Below are positions 54,558-63,218 of a stretch of 64,000 nt of DNA, piece after piece. Position 1 is the stretch's first letter, and every line of letters starts with the position of its first letter. Below the pieces are notes generated by a model. It saw only the letters and a program-made list of their open reading frames with translations. It did not search any database and was not told the DNA's origin. The DNA is from a virus. Its lineage: Duplodnaviria; Caudoviricetes. The position numbers and the translations under genes are program-made. The stretch covers positions 7,254 to 71,253 of IMG/VR virus record IMGVR_UViG_3300017965_000002. One strand, given 5' to 3'.

Positions 54558-55517
54558 TCAGGAGATCATCTCCATCAGCTTACCCTTGACTTGATCTTTC
54601 TTCTTTCCAGTCTCACCCAACCAGCTGTTGAACAGGCGGGAATCCTTTGAATTGCCTGCCATGTGATCGGCCCAGTAAGTGACACCGTTCAGAACACCCC
54701 AACCATTGCCGGGGGTAGCACCCGGCGCCTTCTCCGTCGCCCACAGCACGCGCTGGAGTCTCGGAGAACGTGCATCCGGCTCGTTGATCAGTTCTTCGAT
54801 GTTGTGCTGAGTACCGGCTTTGGGTGCAGGCTGAAAGAATTCTGCTAGGACGCGCAACGTATCAAACTGGCTCATCTTCAGCTGTTGCAAAGCCTTGGCA
54901 TCGAGTTCCATCTGCGCAATCTCTTCTTTTACCAACTGCACAGATGCCTTAGCGGCTGCGGTGTCGAAGTTGTAAATGTGGCTTTGGCGATATTCTGCGT
55001 TCTTACCGCGAACCCCACCCGCCATCGCTAGCGTATTGGCGCACACGACACGGACGCTTGTGGTTCGAACAGTAATTGCTTTTCCAACTTCGTGTGGAGA
55101 CACTATCAGAATGTACGCTTTCACGTGGTCTCTGCCCTGGAGCGAGAATCCAGCAGCGACACGCGCCAACGCCCACACGACTTTTCCTCCGTGGAGCGCG
55201 CCGGCTGTCTCAAGTGTGCAGCCGCCTTCCTTGGTGTACTCTCGGAAGAAGTCCATTGTAACTTTGTTTTGATTGGGCTTCCAATCCAGACCAGTTACGG
55301 TGAAGATTCTCTTGTCCGTGGAACGAACAATCGCCTTACGATTGACAGCAACATTCTTGCCATCAATCATAATGTAGCAAGGGAGTTCCTCAACGGTCCA
55401 ATCGAGACCGGCTGCGACTAACATCTCATCGCAGCTAATGTTTCCCTCGACCTTGTTACCAAGTCCGTGCCAGGGAACTTCATGTGCCCAGGCCATTGAT
55501 TCCACTTCGTGTGACAT
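54558..55517 (-). CDS. DUF932/DUF945 family protein
   Basis: PWHGLG, AGLDW.V, ETAGAL.GG, VRVVCANT, W...N.VT...DH. Confidence 0.9.
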   Translation of the reverse strand: MSHEVESMAWAHEVPWHGLGNKVEGNISCDEMLVAAGLDWTVEELPCYIMIDGKNVAVNRKAIVRSTDKRIFTVTGLDWKPNQNKVTMDFFREYTKEGGCTLETAGALHGGKVVWALARVAAGFSLQGRDHVKAYILIVSPHEVGKAITVRTTSVRVVCANTLAMAGGVRGKNAEYRQSHIYNFDTAAAKASVQLVKEEIAQMELDAKALQQLKMSQFDTLRVLAEFFQPAPKAGTQHNIEELINEPDARSPRLQRVLWATEKAPGATPGNGWGVLNGVTYWADHMAGNSKDSRLFNSWLGETGKKKDQVKGKLMEMIS

Positions 55518-55624
55518 TCTCTAACTCCATTGTTGAAGCAGCGTTGAAACAACTTGTTGCTGCCCCAGTATATAAGCATGGGTCTTCGTTTCAATGCAAG
55601 CATTATTTTGTATCTAATTGTATC

Positions 55625-55849
55625 TTATTCAATTCCAAATAGTTTTACTAGAATCATCACAATTAATACACCAATCATAGATATTAACCCACCAAGCGCA
55701 ATGCCTACCCAAAGAATTGGATCGTGGACAGTGCGTGTCGATGGTGGAGGTGGTCCAACGGGACGTAAACGATCTTGTCCGCGTCGTAATAAGGTTTCAA
55801 GATCAACACGTTCTTTTATCTTTGGTCCAGTTGGTTTGTTGTCGTTCAT
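55625..55849 (-). CDS. small membrane protein
   Basis: C-terminal TM ILWVGIALGGLISMIGVLIVMILV. Confidence 0.6.
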   Translation of the reverse strand: MNDNKPTGPKIKERVDLETLLRRGQDRLRPVGPPPPSTRTVHDPILWVGIALGGLISMIGVLIVMILVKLFGIE

Positions 55850-55851
55850 AG

Positions 55852-56004
55852 TTATATTCCAAACATAATGGCGATCCAACCACACATCGGAATCAGCGCC
55901 AGTGTTGCACCCATTGCATAATTTCCGTTATTCGCTTCGCGTGCTGCGCAGATGATCATCAGGACGGTCATTAATAGCATTAGAAATAGACTACCTGTAG
56001 TCAT
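55852..56004 (-). CDS. small two-TM membrane protein
   Basis: TAATG start MTTGSLFLM. Confidence 0.55.
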   Translation of the reverse strand: MTTGSLFLMLLMTVLMIICAAREANNGNYAMGATLALIPMCGWIAIMFGI

Positions 56005-56081
56005 TATCTTACTCCAAATATTAGTCGAGCAATATAAAGAAACACGATGAAGATAACAAGCCATAGAAAGAAGAACTCCAT
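56004..56081 (-). CDS. 25-aa single-TM micro-protein (not in ORF track)
   Basis: AAAGGAGG RBS; MEFFFLWLVIFIVFLYIARLIFGVR. Confidence 0.6.
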   Translation of the reverse strand: MEFFFLWLVIFIVFLYIARLIFGVR

Positions 56082-56083
56082 GA

Positions 56084-56302
56084 CTAATCCTCCTTTGTCT
56101 TAGCAAGCTGTTCCTGCGTGAACGCTATGAACCATTCTGTCTCGCCAAATTTATCAGTGTTGATATGATCGAGTGGACAGTATTGACGTAATGCTTTGAT
56201 ACATTTACTTATCGCAATGCGATCCCAACCTGGTCCACCCCGCATGACGCTTATTATGTCCAATGAAAACACGCGATTTGCTTCGGTAACTTTCTGGTTC
56301 AT
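56084..56302 (-). CDS. hypothetical protein
   Basis: 72 aa tiling ORF. Confidence 0.6.
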   Translation of the reverse strand: MNQKVTEANRVFSLDIISVMRGGPGWDRIAISKCIKALRQYCPLDHINTDKFGETEWFIAFTQEQLAKTKED

Positions 56303-56545
56303 TTAATCCTCCTCTATCGGTTCGTCGCATTCGTAGCGTGTGTGAATATCAGAACGGAATCCTTTCATTTTTCTTCTGTGACAGATCTCACAAGTGTAGC
56401 AAAGAAAGATACCATGCCCATCGTATCGTGCATTTGGAATCTTACCCGAACCACAGGGGCACAAGCGCCGTTTAGCCTTGAACTCGTTTGCAGCCGGAAT
56501 GCTGAGATTGACATAATCGAGATCGCCCGGCTTCGGATTGCTCAT
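56303..56545 (-). CDS. zinc-binding hypothetical protein
   Basis: CPCGSG...CYTCEIC. Confidence 0.65.
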   Translation of the reverse strand: MSNPKPGDLDYVNLSIPAANEFKAKRRLCPCGSGKIPNARYDGHGIFLCYTCEICHRRKMKGFRSDIHTRYECDEPIEED

Positions 56546-56757
56546 GATTCGCTCCGTTCGATTGTGATACGATAGATCACATTGTTAGGATCGGGAGAGC
56601 GTTTAGCGTCGGTATGAGTACGGATATAAACTGCTTCCCCAACCGAGCCTTTGTCCATTGCGGTGTCCCAGTAGGACGGTCCTGCAACTGAGAATAAATC
56701 ACCGGGTTGCAGATCGCGTGCAGTCATCAGTTCAGCTTTGATCTTAACGTTAGGCAT
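56542..56757 (-). CDS. hypothetical protein
   Basis: Start MPNVKIK; ARDLQPGD motif. Confidence 0.6.
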   Translation of the reverse strand: MPNVKIKAELMTARDLQPGDLFSVAGPSYWDTAMDKGSVGEAVYIRTHTDAKRSPDPNNVIYRITIERSES

Positions 56758-56758
56758 C

Positions 56759-57205
56759 TTATTTCTCCAGTTTCCAATACCCATATACACACCGTTGCCC
56801 ATTGCGTGATGGATCATGCGTGTCGTGGATAACTCTGTTGATAACTGCTGTGAGATGCTTGCTTACGGCCACAACCAGCCTCCCGGTGGGTAATTCGTTC
56901 TCGCGAAGATGTACCTTGCATCCACTACCAACAGTCATAGTCGGTGTCCATATGAAACCAAGGTCCATCATATGGCGTTTAAATAGAACGCTCCGGGTAT
57001 AGATGCCGTGCGCCGCGCTATGGATGCCTGCTGTGGTACGACGTTTAGTCTTGGGCATTTTAAGATTGATCCAAGCTAGATCGGCATAGACCTTATGGTA
57101 AGGCTGCTCAGTAACGATGGCGATAGATCGAGCTACACAGTCACCTGCCTGTCCTCTGTATCCAGAAGCAGAACGTCCACCGTCGTCATAGATAACGCTG
57201 ATCAT
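56759..57205 (-). CDS. conserved phage protein with GDC...H...D motif (papain-like fold candidate)
   Basis: GDCVARSIAI...HLTAVI...IHDT. Confidence 0.75.
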   Translation of the reverse strand: MISVIYDDGGRSASGYRGQAGDCVARSIAIVTEQPYHKVYADLAWINLKMPKTKRRTTAGIHSAAHGIYTRSVLFKRHMMDLGFIWTPTMTVGSGCKVHLRENELPTGRLVVAVSKHLTAVINRVIHDTHDPSRNGQRCVYGYWKLEK

Positions 57206-57237
57206 TGTTTGTGGTGCTCCTTAACACCACAAACAAT
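57204..57237. repeat. perfect 13-bp inverted repeat enclosing the RBS
   Basis: ATTGTTTGTGGTG-CTCCTTAA-CACCACAAACAAT. Confidence 0.8.
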
Positions 57238-57261
57238 AGCACAGATGCCTATAAGATGCAA
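57233..57261 (-). promoter_or_regulatory. putative sigma70-type promoter
   Basis: TTGCAT-17 bp-TATTGT on - strand. Confidence 0.55.
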
Positions 57262-57267
57262 GCCGAA

Positions 57268-57657
57268 TTAAGCTTCTATAGGCAACTCTTCATCGGCGTG
57301 ATTGTCAAACTCTAATTCTAACTGATCAGGAAAATTAATATTTACATCTTCAAGATCAGCGTTCTCCCAAGTGGAAACCCATTCGTCGGCAGAAGATCCA
57401 GTATCACTTTCTTTCCAGGTGTCCGATTTGTCATCGAACTCATCACGCCGCCCTGACCCAATGCCATCAACAAAGGTACGGAATTCACCAAGCGATTCGT
57501 TGTATTGAGCTAGAGCAGTTTCGACAGCGTTCTTAAGCTTCTCAGTGTCTTCATTATAATCCTTAACTGCTGTTTCTACCTCACCGTATTTCTCAGTAAG
57601 CTCTGTCTTTAATTTTTCAAATTGCGTTTCTTCAGCTTTAGTCAACTTGAAAGCCAT
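57268..57657 (-). CDS. highly acidic coiled-coil protein
   Basis: About 36 D/E vs 13 K/R in 129 aa; KSDTWKESD motif. Confidence 0.7.
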   Translation of the reverse strand: MAFKLTKAEETQFEKLKTELTEKYGEVETAVKDYNEDTEKLKNAVETALAQYNESLGEFRTFVDGIGSGRRDEFDDKSDTWKESDTGSSADEWVSTWENADLEDVNINFPDQLELEFDNHADEELPIEA

Positions 57658-57669
57658 AGTCTTTCTCCG

Positions 57670-59469
57670 TTAGAATGGGATTACTTCCATTGGGTTCTTA
57701 GACGTAGCAGTCAGAGAGGTAACAATTGTTGGAACCTCGTCTGACATCTCCTCTGTTCCAAAGGCTGTGCCATCAAAGCAGAGGGCCATAATCTCTGGGT
57801 AGGGAGTCTTGTTAACCCAGACGCGAATGTGCGTTGGGTGATTGATTTCCTCAAGACGCGTGAGAGCTTCATCTACTGTGGTAGGAATTAATGTACTCGA
57901 ATTGTGCATTCTTGTTTTCCACCAGGCTCTGGCACGACGTTGAGCATAGGCATTACTGTTTTCGAATGTTACGAATTCGGTGTACATTTTCATCCCGCAG
58001 TAATACGAGACTCGCATCGATATAGAACCCCCACCCATTTTCTCGTGTCGTGCTGCACTGATGTGATCTACTTTGAATACCTTTGTGATAGGCAGCTCGC
58101 CCTTTAGTGGGCTGACGGAACTTGCTGTCTGCACGATGTTGAGTTGGATATGGAATTCGTTACCACAATGTGGACATTTACGCAGGCTGGCGTGGACGTA
58201 GGTTTGACAGACATCGCAGAGCTTAACTGGGGCAGGGCGTGTTCCGCGGGATCTAGGAGGTTCTGGGATCACAGGGTCATTGATTGGCCCTAGGCGGCGC
58301 GTGTTACCTGCGTAGTCTAGAACTAGGCAATCTAATTTGCCGCTGGCTTTGATTGCAGCAATGCGCTGTTCTATTGTATCGCTGTTATGTCCCGGTGGGT
58401 AGACAGGCCGCGTACCTCGACCTAACATCTGAACCCAAAGCACTGTGGACATAGTGGGTCGCAACACAACAATCATATCAACAGCAGCGTCATCAAATCC
58501 CGTTGTCAGAATATTGTTATTGACTACAGCTCGGATTTTTCCAGCTCGGAAGTCTAGAATCGTTTGGTCGCGCTCTTTCTTATCGAGTTTGCTATGAACA
58601 CATTTAGCGGAGATCCCCATCTCATTTAAGATCTCAGTGATATGTTCCGCGTGCTCAATACCTGCTCCAAACACTAACCACTTCTTACGATCCTTGCCAA
58701 GTTCGATAGCTTCTGTAACTGCTGCAACAGTGACTTCGTGTTTGTCGACTGCAATCTGCAGTTCCTTTTCCACAAATTCTCCGCCGCGGAGGTTAACTCC
58801 ATCCACGTTAAGTTCGGTCTTTGGTTTCTTTGGGATCAACGGGACAAGATAGCCTTCCGCGATCAACCTATTGAAGCTCTGATAGTTTGTAATGTCAAAG
58901 CAGAAGTCTGTGAAGATACTTTGGGTTAACGATCCGTCCTTGTTTAGGTAAGGATCGGTTAACTTTCCATGTCCCATGCGCCAAGGTGTAGCAGTAAGTC
59001 CAATAACACGAAGCGCAGGATTGACACGCAATAACGCTTGAATAAATTTCTGGTACATTGTAGTACCATTCGGACTGACTAGATGAACCTCGTCAATAAT
59101 GATTAAGTCCACATGCCCAAAGATCTCAGGGCGCCGCCACACAGAAGCAATGCCGCCTATTGTAATGGACTGCCTAGAGTTTTTCTGTCCAAGACCGTCG
59201 CTGTAGATGCCAACTGGGGCATCTCGCCACAAGATTAACAACTTATCATAATTCTGTTCAATTAACTCTTTAACGTGAGTCAGCAGCATAATTTTTTGGA
59301 AAGGAAACTTTTTGAAGACCTCTCGGAGAAACCGCGCATTAACAATCGTCTTCCCGCTGCCGGTAGGCATCGCGATGATAGGATTGCCAGTAGCATGAGT
59401 CTCAAAGTATGTCCATATACTTTGAACAGCCTCCGTTTGGTATTGGCGATCGGTGAAAGGTTTCTTCAT
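57670..59469 (-). CDS. superfamily 2 helicase (RadD/YejH-like) with zinc finger
   Basis: PTGSGKT, DEVH, GLTATP, LTTGFD, QMLGRGTR, CDVC...CPHC. Confidence 0.93.
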   Translation of the reverse strand: MKKPFTDRQYQTEAVQSIWTYFETHATGNPIIAMPTGSGKTIVNARFLREVFKKFPFQKIMLLTHVKELIEQNYDKLLILWRDAPVGIYSDGLGQKNSRQSITIGGIASVWRRPEIFGHVDLIIIDEVHLVSPNGTTMYQKFIQALLRVNPALRVIGLTATPWRMGHGKLTDPYLNKDGSLTQSIFTDFCFDITNYQSFNRLIAEGYLVPLIPKKPKTELNVDGVNLRGGEFVEKELQIAVDKHEVTVAAVTEAIELGKDRKKWLVFGAGIEHAEHITEILNEMGISAKCVHSKLDKKERDQTILDFRAGKIRAVVNNNILTTGFDDAAVDMIVVLRPTMSTVLWVQMLGRGTRPVYPPGHNSDTIEQRIAAIKASGKLDCLVLDYAGNTRRLGPINDPVIPEPPRSRGTRPAPVKLCDVCQTYVHASLRKCPHCGNEFHIQLNIVQTASSVSPLKGELPITKVFKVDHISAARHEKMGGGSISMRVSYYCGMKMYTEFVTFENSNAYAQRRARAWWKTRMHNSSTLIPTTVDEALTRLEEINHPTHIRVWVNKTPYPEIMALCFDGTAFGTEEMSDEVPTIVTSLTATSKNPMEVIPF

Positions 59470-60410
59470 CTGTAATAATCTGCCATCTTATACATTGGGC
59501 AGCCCACAAGTTGTTTCTCTATAGTAAGTATAGCACGTTCTGTTGGGTGAGTACAGTGCCAAGTTGCTGCCGATCCGACTTGAACATATTTGCAGGTACG
59601 GCAATTCCGTGCAGGATCTCGTTTCATGTGGCAGACAGGCTTATGCTCACACCAAGTACATTTCCAGAATCCGGGTGAATTATTGATCTTAGGTGGAGGT
59701 GTAGGCATCTGGATCAGCTTCTCGCCCCTATCAATATACTGATCTGCGTGCTCAGGATTGAGAGTAATGATTTCAATATAAAGATCATCTGTATTCTTAC
59801 TAACTGCGAGATAAAGACAGGTTGCAATACCCATCTTGCGCATGTAGATTTGCGATTGGACAAAGTGTTCGGGTTTAGCTTCACGAACACCTTTTCCTTT
59901 GAAGTGTCCTTCGCCAACTAAATATGCCCGCCAACTCTCAAGTGATCCAGCTAACTCAATAAAAGATTTCTCATTATGTGTCTTCGCTTCAATCAATGCG
60001 GGGTTGTTATTATAATGTGTGACCCCGTCTCCGCTTCCACCACCATGCCCATCTCCAAACTGAATACGAAACTGCTTTCCCTCTGCATCTTGTTGATAGA
60101 CAGGCATTCCTACAGTAAGAAGCATCGCAATGAAACGAGCTTCTTCAATATGGCCACGATTAAATAGGCGGAGCATACGACCACTGTGAGCTGCCTTAGT
60201 TGTCCAGTGAAAGCTATACCAGACAGCACGTCCACAGTCCTGGCCGAGTTGCGAAGCCCCCATGTGACTTCGATACGTTTCCTCAGTGTCCCGGTACGCG
60301 TCTGACATATGAGGAAGCACCTTACCGAGCCACCCTCGGTAAGTTGCTCCTTGATCGGCTTGGATAGCCTTATCGATAGCGAGACATAGATCGACTGCAA
60401 TATCAACCAT
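59466..60410 (-). CDS. Cas4-like PD-(D/E)XK exonuclease
   Basis: GASQLG..C.R, GH, DG...IEAKT, QSQIYM, CTWCEHKPVC. Confidence 0.85.
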   Translation of the reverse strand: MVDIAVDLCLAIDKAIQADQGATYRGWLGKVLPHMSDAYRDTEETYRSHMGASQLGQDCGRAVWYSFHWTTKAAHSGRMLRLFNRGHIEEARFIAMLLTVGMPVYQQDAEGKQFRIQFGDGHGGGSGDGVTHYNNNPALIEAKTHNEKSFIELAGSLESWRAYLVGEGHFKGKGVREAKPEHFVQSQIYMRKMGIATCLYLAVSKNTDDLYIEIITLNPEHADQYIDRGEKLIQMPTPPPKINNSPGFWKCTWCEHKPVCHMKRDPARNCRTCKYVQVGSAATWHCTHPTERAILTIEKQLVGCPMYKMADYYR

Positions 60411-61190
60411 TTATTTTCGCTCCGCGATTGTTGTCAGTATCAGTTCGATCTTCACGGCTCGCTCGTCTAGAGCTTTAAGTGCAGCAAGAATTGGCTCGGC
60501 AGTATATCGAGCAGCTTTAAGTTCGTCCAATAAAGCTTTGGCATTGGACACTGTCTCTGCCATCACTTCATCAATGTTTGGACCGAAGTTCTCATCCCGG
60601 ATTTCAGCTACCCATGCAACAGGCACACCAAGATCATCAGCTACCTTTTTGTCGTTCCATCCTGAGGTATAACCGATCGCTTCGCTGACGTACTTCTCAT
60701 CGATCTTGTTGTGGATAATCCTACGCTCATCTCGGGATGGACGTTTAGTTGGAGCCTGGGGAACTTCAACTATAACAGATGTAGCTTCGATAGGTTCAAT
60801 TGGCTTGGTCTCCATTGGATTAATTGGTACCACTTTCAATTGTTCATTCCGTTTCTTAGCTGCCACTTTGAGCGCAGTGAAACAAGAGGGGCATCTATGT
60901 TGACTTGTACTCTTTCCAATTTTCCATCCTAGCCTCTCGAACTTATCCGCTACCTTACGCTCAACCTGTTCGTCATCATCACCGTGACTTCGAACGGTGT
61001 TAACTTGAATGCTTTCAGTCCTATCACAGTATCCACATTTAGCTTTCGCACCGCGTTTCGGATGACCCCCGACTGGTACTGTGCAGACTTCGAATGCAAC
61101 ATACGCCATGACTCTTTTCTCCGTTGATGGTAAATGGATTGACGCTGCCGTTCCGAGTAGATCATATTTTGTGTAGATGGGCTCCTTCAT
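60411..61190 (-). CDS. zinc-ribbon plus helical-domain hypothetical protein
   Basis: CGYC...CPSC; GWNDKKVADDLGVPVAWV; start MKEPIY after GGAGG. Confidence 0.7.
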   Translation of the reverse strand: MKEPIYTKYDLLGTAASIHLPSTEKRVMAYVAFEVCTVPVGGHPKRGAKAKCGYCDRTESIQVNTVRSHGDDDEQVERKVADKFERLGWKIGKSTSQHRCPSCFTALKVAAKKRNEQLKVVPINPMETKPIEPIEATSVIVEVPQAPTKRPSRDERRIIHNKIDEKYVSEAIGYTSGWNDKKVADDLGVPVAWVAEIRDENFGPNIDEVMAETVSNAKALLDELKAARYTAEPILAALKALDERAVKIELILTTIAERK

Positions 61191-61203
61191 GGTCCCTCCG
61201 TTG

Positions 61204-61236
61204 AAAAAGAAGGGGCCCCGCGAACGGGACCCCTCT
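61204..61236 (-). terminator. intrinsic terminator with UUCG loop
   Basis: AGAGGGGTCCCG-TTCG-CGGGGCCCCTTCT then TTTT on - strand. Confidence 0.75.
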
Positions 61237-61248
61237 GAGTTGGTAACA

Positions 61249-61986
61249 CTAGCTACGGGCCCAAGGAGGAGCAGCATTCTGAGCTGTCTGAACCTCAGGC
61301 GTCGCAGGCTGCTGAACGGGTTGAGCTGCCGGCGGAGGCGGGGTAGGTGCAGCGAACCCAGCTGGCGCGGGCTGCTGCGATGGCGGTGCAGTAGGAGTCG
61401 GCTGCACAGGCGGAGCTGCCTGCTGCGGCTGTCCCCACGGCTGCTGAGTCTGAGGCTGTTGCCAGTTTCCGTTACCCTGAGGAGCGGCTTGTTGAGGAGC
61501 CGCTTGCTGAGGTGCCCATCCAGTAGGAGGTGCTGACGCCATCTGTTGTGGCGCTCCGGGTTGAACAAATCCACCCGGCGGTACAAAGCTAATGGGCTTG
61601 TAGCTCTTGATCTCCGACTGATCGTCGTATTGACCAGTTGGATCCTTACGAGTTTTCACGCGCCCCTTCATCGGAAGGTTGTGGAGCTGCTGGCTATCCT
61701 GAACGTAAGGAATGCCAACCGCGGCAGCAATCGAGCTCAACTCCCGATTTGCAATCTCCATCGTCTGGATGTTAGTGTGACGAATGTTCAGACCGTTGAA
61801 AATCTTACGGCCCTGGTGCGGTCCATCCATGACGGAGAAACGCAGAACCAAACGGAGATGGTTAGGATTACCATCCTTCGTCGGAACTGCATTTGATTCG
61901 TCAATGATGAGGTTGTACCATCCTTCTGGGATGGGGTCGTTGTCCAGCGGAGCGTGCTGGCGGGCATCGAAGTTAAGTTGAACCAT
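61249..61986 (-). CDS. DUF669 family single-stranded DNA-binding protein
   Basis: IPEGWY...I, F.V.DG...GRKIF; Gln/Pro-rich tail. Confidence 0.85.
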   Translation of the reverse strand: MVQLNFDARQHAPLDNDPIPEGWYNLIIDESNAVPTKDGNPNHLRLVLRFSVMDGPHQGRKIFNGLNIRHTNIQTMEIANRELSSIAAAVGIPYVQDSQQLHNLPMKGRVKTRKDPTGQYDDQSEIKSYKPISFVPPGGFVQPGAPQQMASAPPTGWAPQQAAPQQAAPQGNGNWQQPQTQQPWGQPQQAAPPVQPTPTAPPSQQPAPAGFAAPTPPPPAAQPVQQPATPEVQTAQNAAPPWARS

Positions 61987-61997
61987 AAGGTGTCTCC

Positions 61998-62720
61998 TTA
62001 CGAGTTGACGATCTTGTTGAAGATGTAGTTCAGATTCGGTGGCTCTGAAAGTGACAAAGCTCCGCTTCTATCCTTCGCTTCGAACTGAAGGTCAGGTTGC
62101 GTTTGCAGGAAACGAAACTCTTTTCCCTGCTGATCTTTACTTACTCCAAGACGAAAGACTTCGTCAAAGAAGAAAGGTAGTTTCGGTCCAAGTTTAGCGC
62201 CTGGCATCGACGGTCCGTATTTAACAATGCCAGATAATTCATCTTTAAGCGGTTCCATCTTTGCGGAGACGAGTACATTCTTACCAGGAAGATCCCGGAA
62301 GGCTCTGATCGCAGTCTCCATTTGTTCGATAAGATCTCCATAGGCTTGTCTTGGATCTTTCACTTGTCGTTTGGCGTTGTTGAGAACTACTTCACCAATC
62401 TCACTAATGCTATCCAATGCAATGCTTTGGAAGTTCTTTGCTTCTGCACTCTGATGACACCAAAGATGAACATCACGTAGATCGTCTGCCGTTCGAATGG
62501 TAATGATTGGCATGTTATAACAGATGGTTGGATCATCACCAAACAAACGTTTCAAGTTAGATTCACGAAGAGACAGTGCGCCTGCTTCGGCAGAAATTAG
62601 AACGGGATTCGGGAGTGTGGCGGTAAGAACAGTTTTTCCCACTCCCGAACCTCCATATACAAGTACCTTGATACCGTTGGCAAGAGATTCTTGCGAAGCG
62701 GTAGAAAACTGAAGTGGCAT
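61998..62720 (-). CDS. AAA_24 family ATPase (Sak4-like)
   Basis: VLVYGGSGVGKT, LDSISE, DPRQAYG, FDEV, AKDRSG. Confidence 0.9.
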   Translation of the reverse strand: MPLQFSTASQESLANGIKVLVYGGSGVGKTVLTATLPNPVLISAEAGALSLRESNLKRLFGDDPTICYNMPIITIRTADDLRDVHLWCHQSAEAKNFQSIALDSISEIGEVVLNNAKRQVKDPRQAYGDLIEQMETAIRAFRDLPGKNVLVSAKMEPLKDELSGIVKYGPSMPGAKLGPKLPFFFDEVFRLGVSKDQQGKEFRFLQTQPDLQFEAKDRSGALSLSEPPNLNYIFNKIVNS

Positions 62721-63154
62721 TAGCTCCCTTTCTTTGGAATCATAATCTCCAACCCAGGCATACCCGGCTTGATCACAAGCGCCTGATCGAACAGGTGCCT
62801 CTCTTCGTCTGTGAGCAGCCGGTACTCTTTAATTGCAACTTCCGGCTTCCACCTAATTAACTTATCCAGATCCAACTTGGGCAAGTTGTTATCAGTCTCT
62901 AACGACTTACGCAACTCTTCAAGTGGCTCTTCCTGCACAGCACGATTGATGACGTGCGTCATTTTTGCTACGGCACCCGTTCCATCTGCGATGTCGTGTT
63001 TGTTGACACCTTCTACAGGATCTTTGAACAACCCGTTGCAAATGAACTGTCGAATGACGACTTCCTTGTTCTTCAGTTCGTCAAGCTGTTGTTTTAGCTC
63101 ATACCACTCTTTGAGGTGCTCAAGAGTGACCTCCCGTTCTGGAATTAAAGTCAT
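62720..63154 (-). CDS. conserved phage hypothetical protein
   Basis: Start MTLIPERE; LIRWKPEV...FDQALVIKPG. Confidence 0.7.
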   Translation of the reverse strand: MTLIPEREVTLEHLKEWYELKQQLDELKNKEVVIRQFICNGLFKDPVEGVNKHDIADGTGAVAKMTHVINRAVQEEPLEELRKSLETDNNLPKLDLDKLIRWKPEVAIKEYRLLTDEERHLFDQALVIKPGMPGLEIMIPKKGS

Positions 63155-63218
63155 AGGATACTCTCCGTTGTTATAGACCCCCATTGTATAGCACAAACTG
63201 TGACCAGATGCAAGTATC

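Noticed and set aside
59466-60410. CRISPR adaptation Cas4
   Set aside because: Sits in a helicase/SSB/AAA recombination module with no cas1/cas2 or array; typical stand-alone phage nuclease.
60411-61586. 391-aa ORF as listed in the track
   Set aside because: The upstream 130 codons overlap the DUF669 gene and cross a terminator; the RBS supports a start at 61190.
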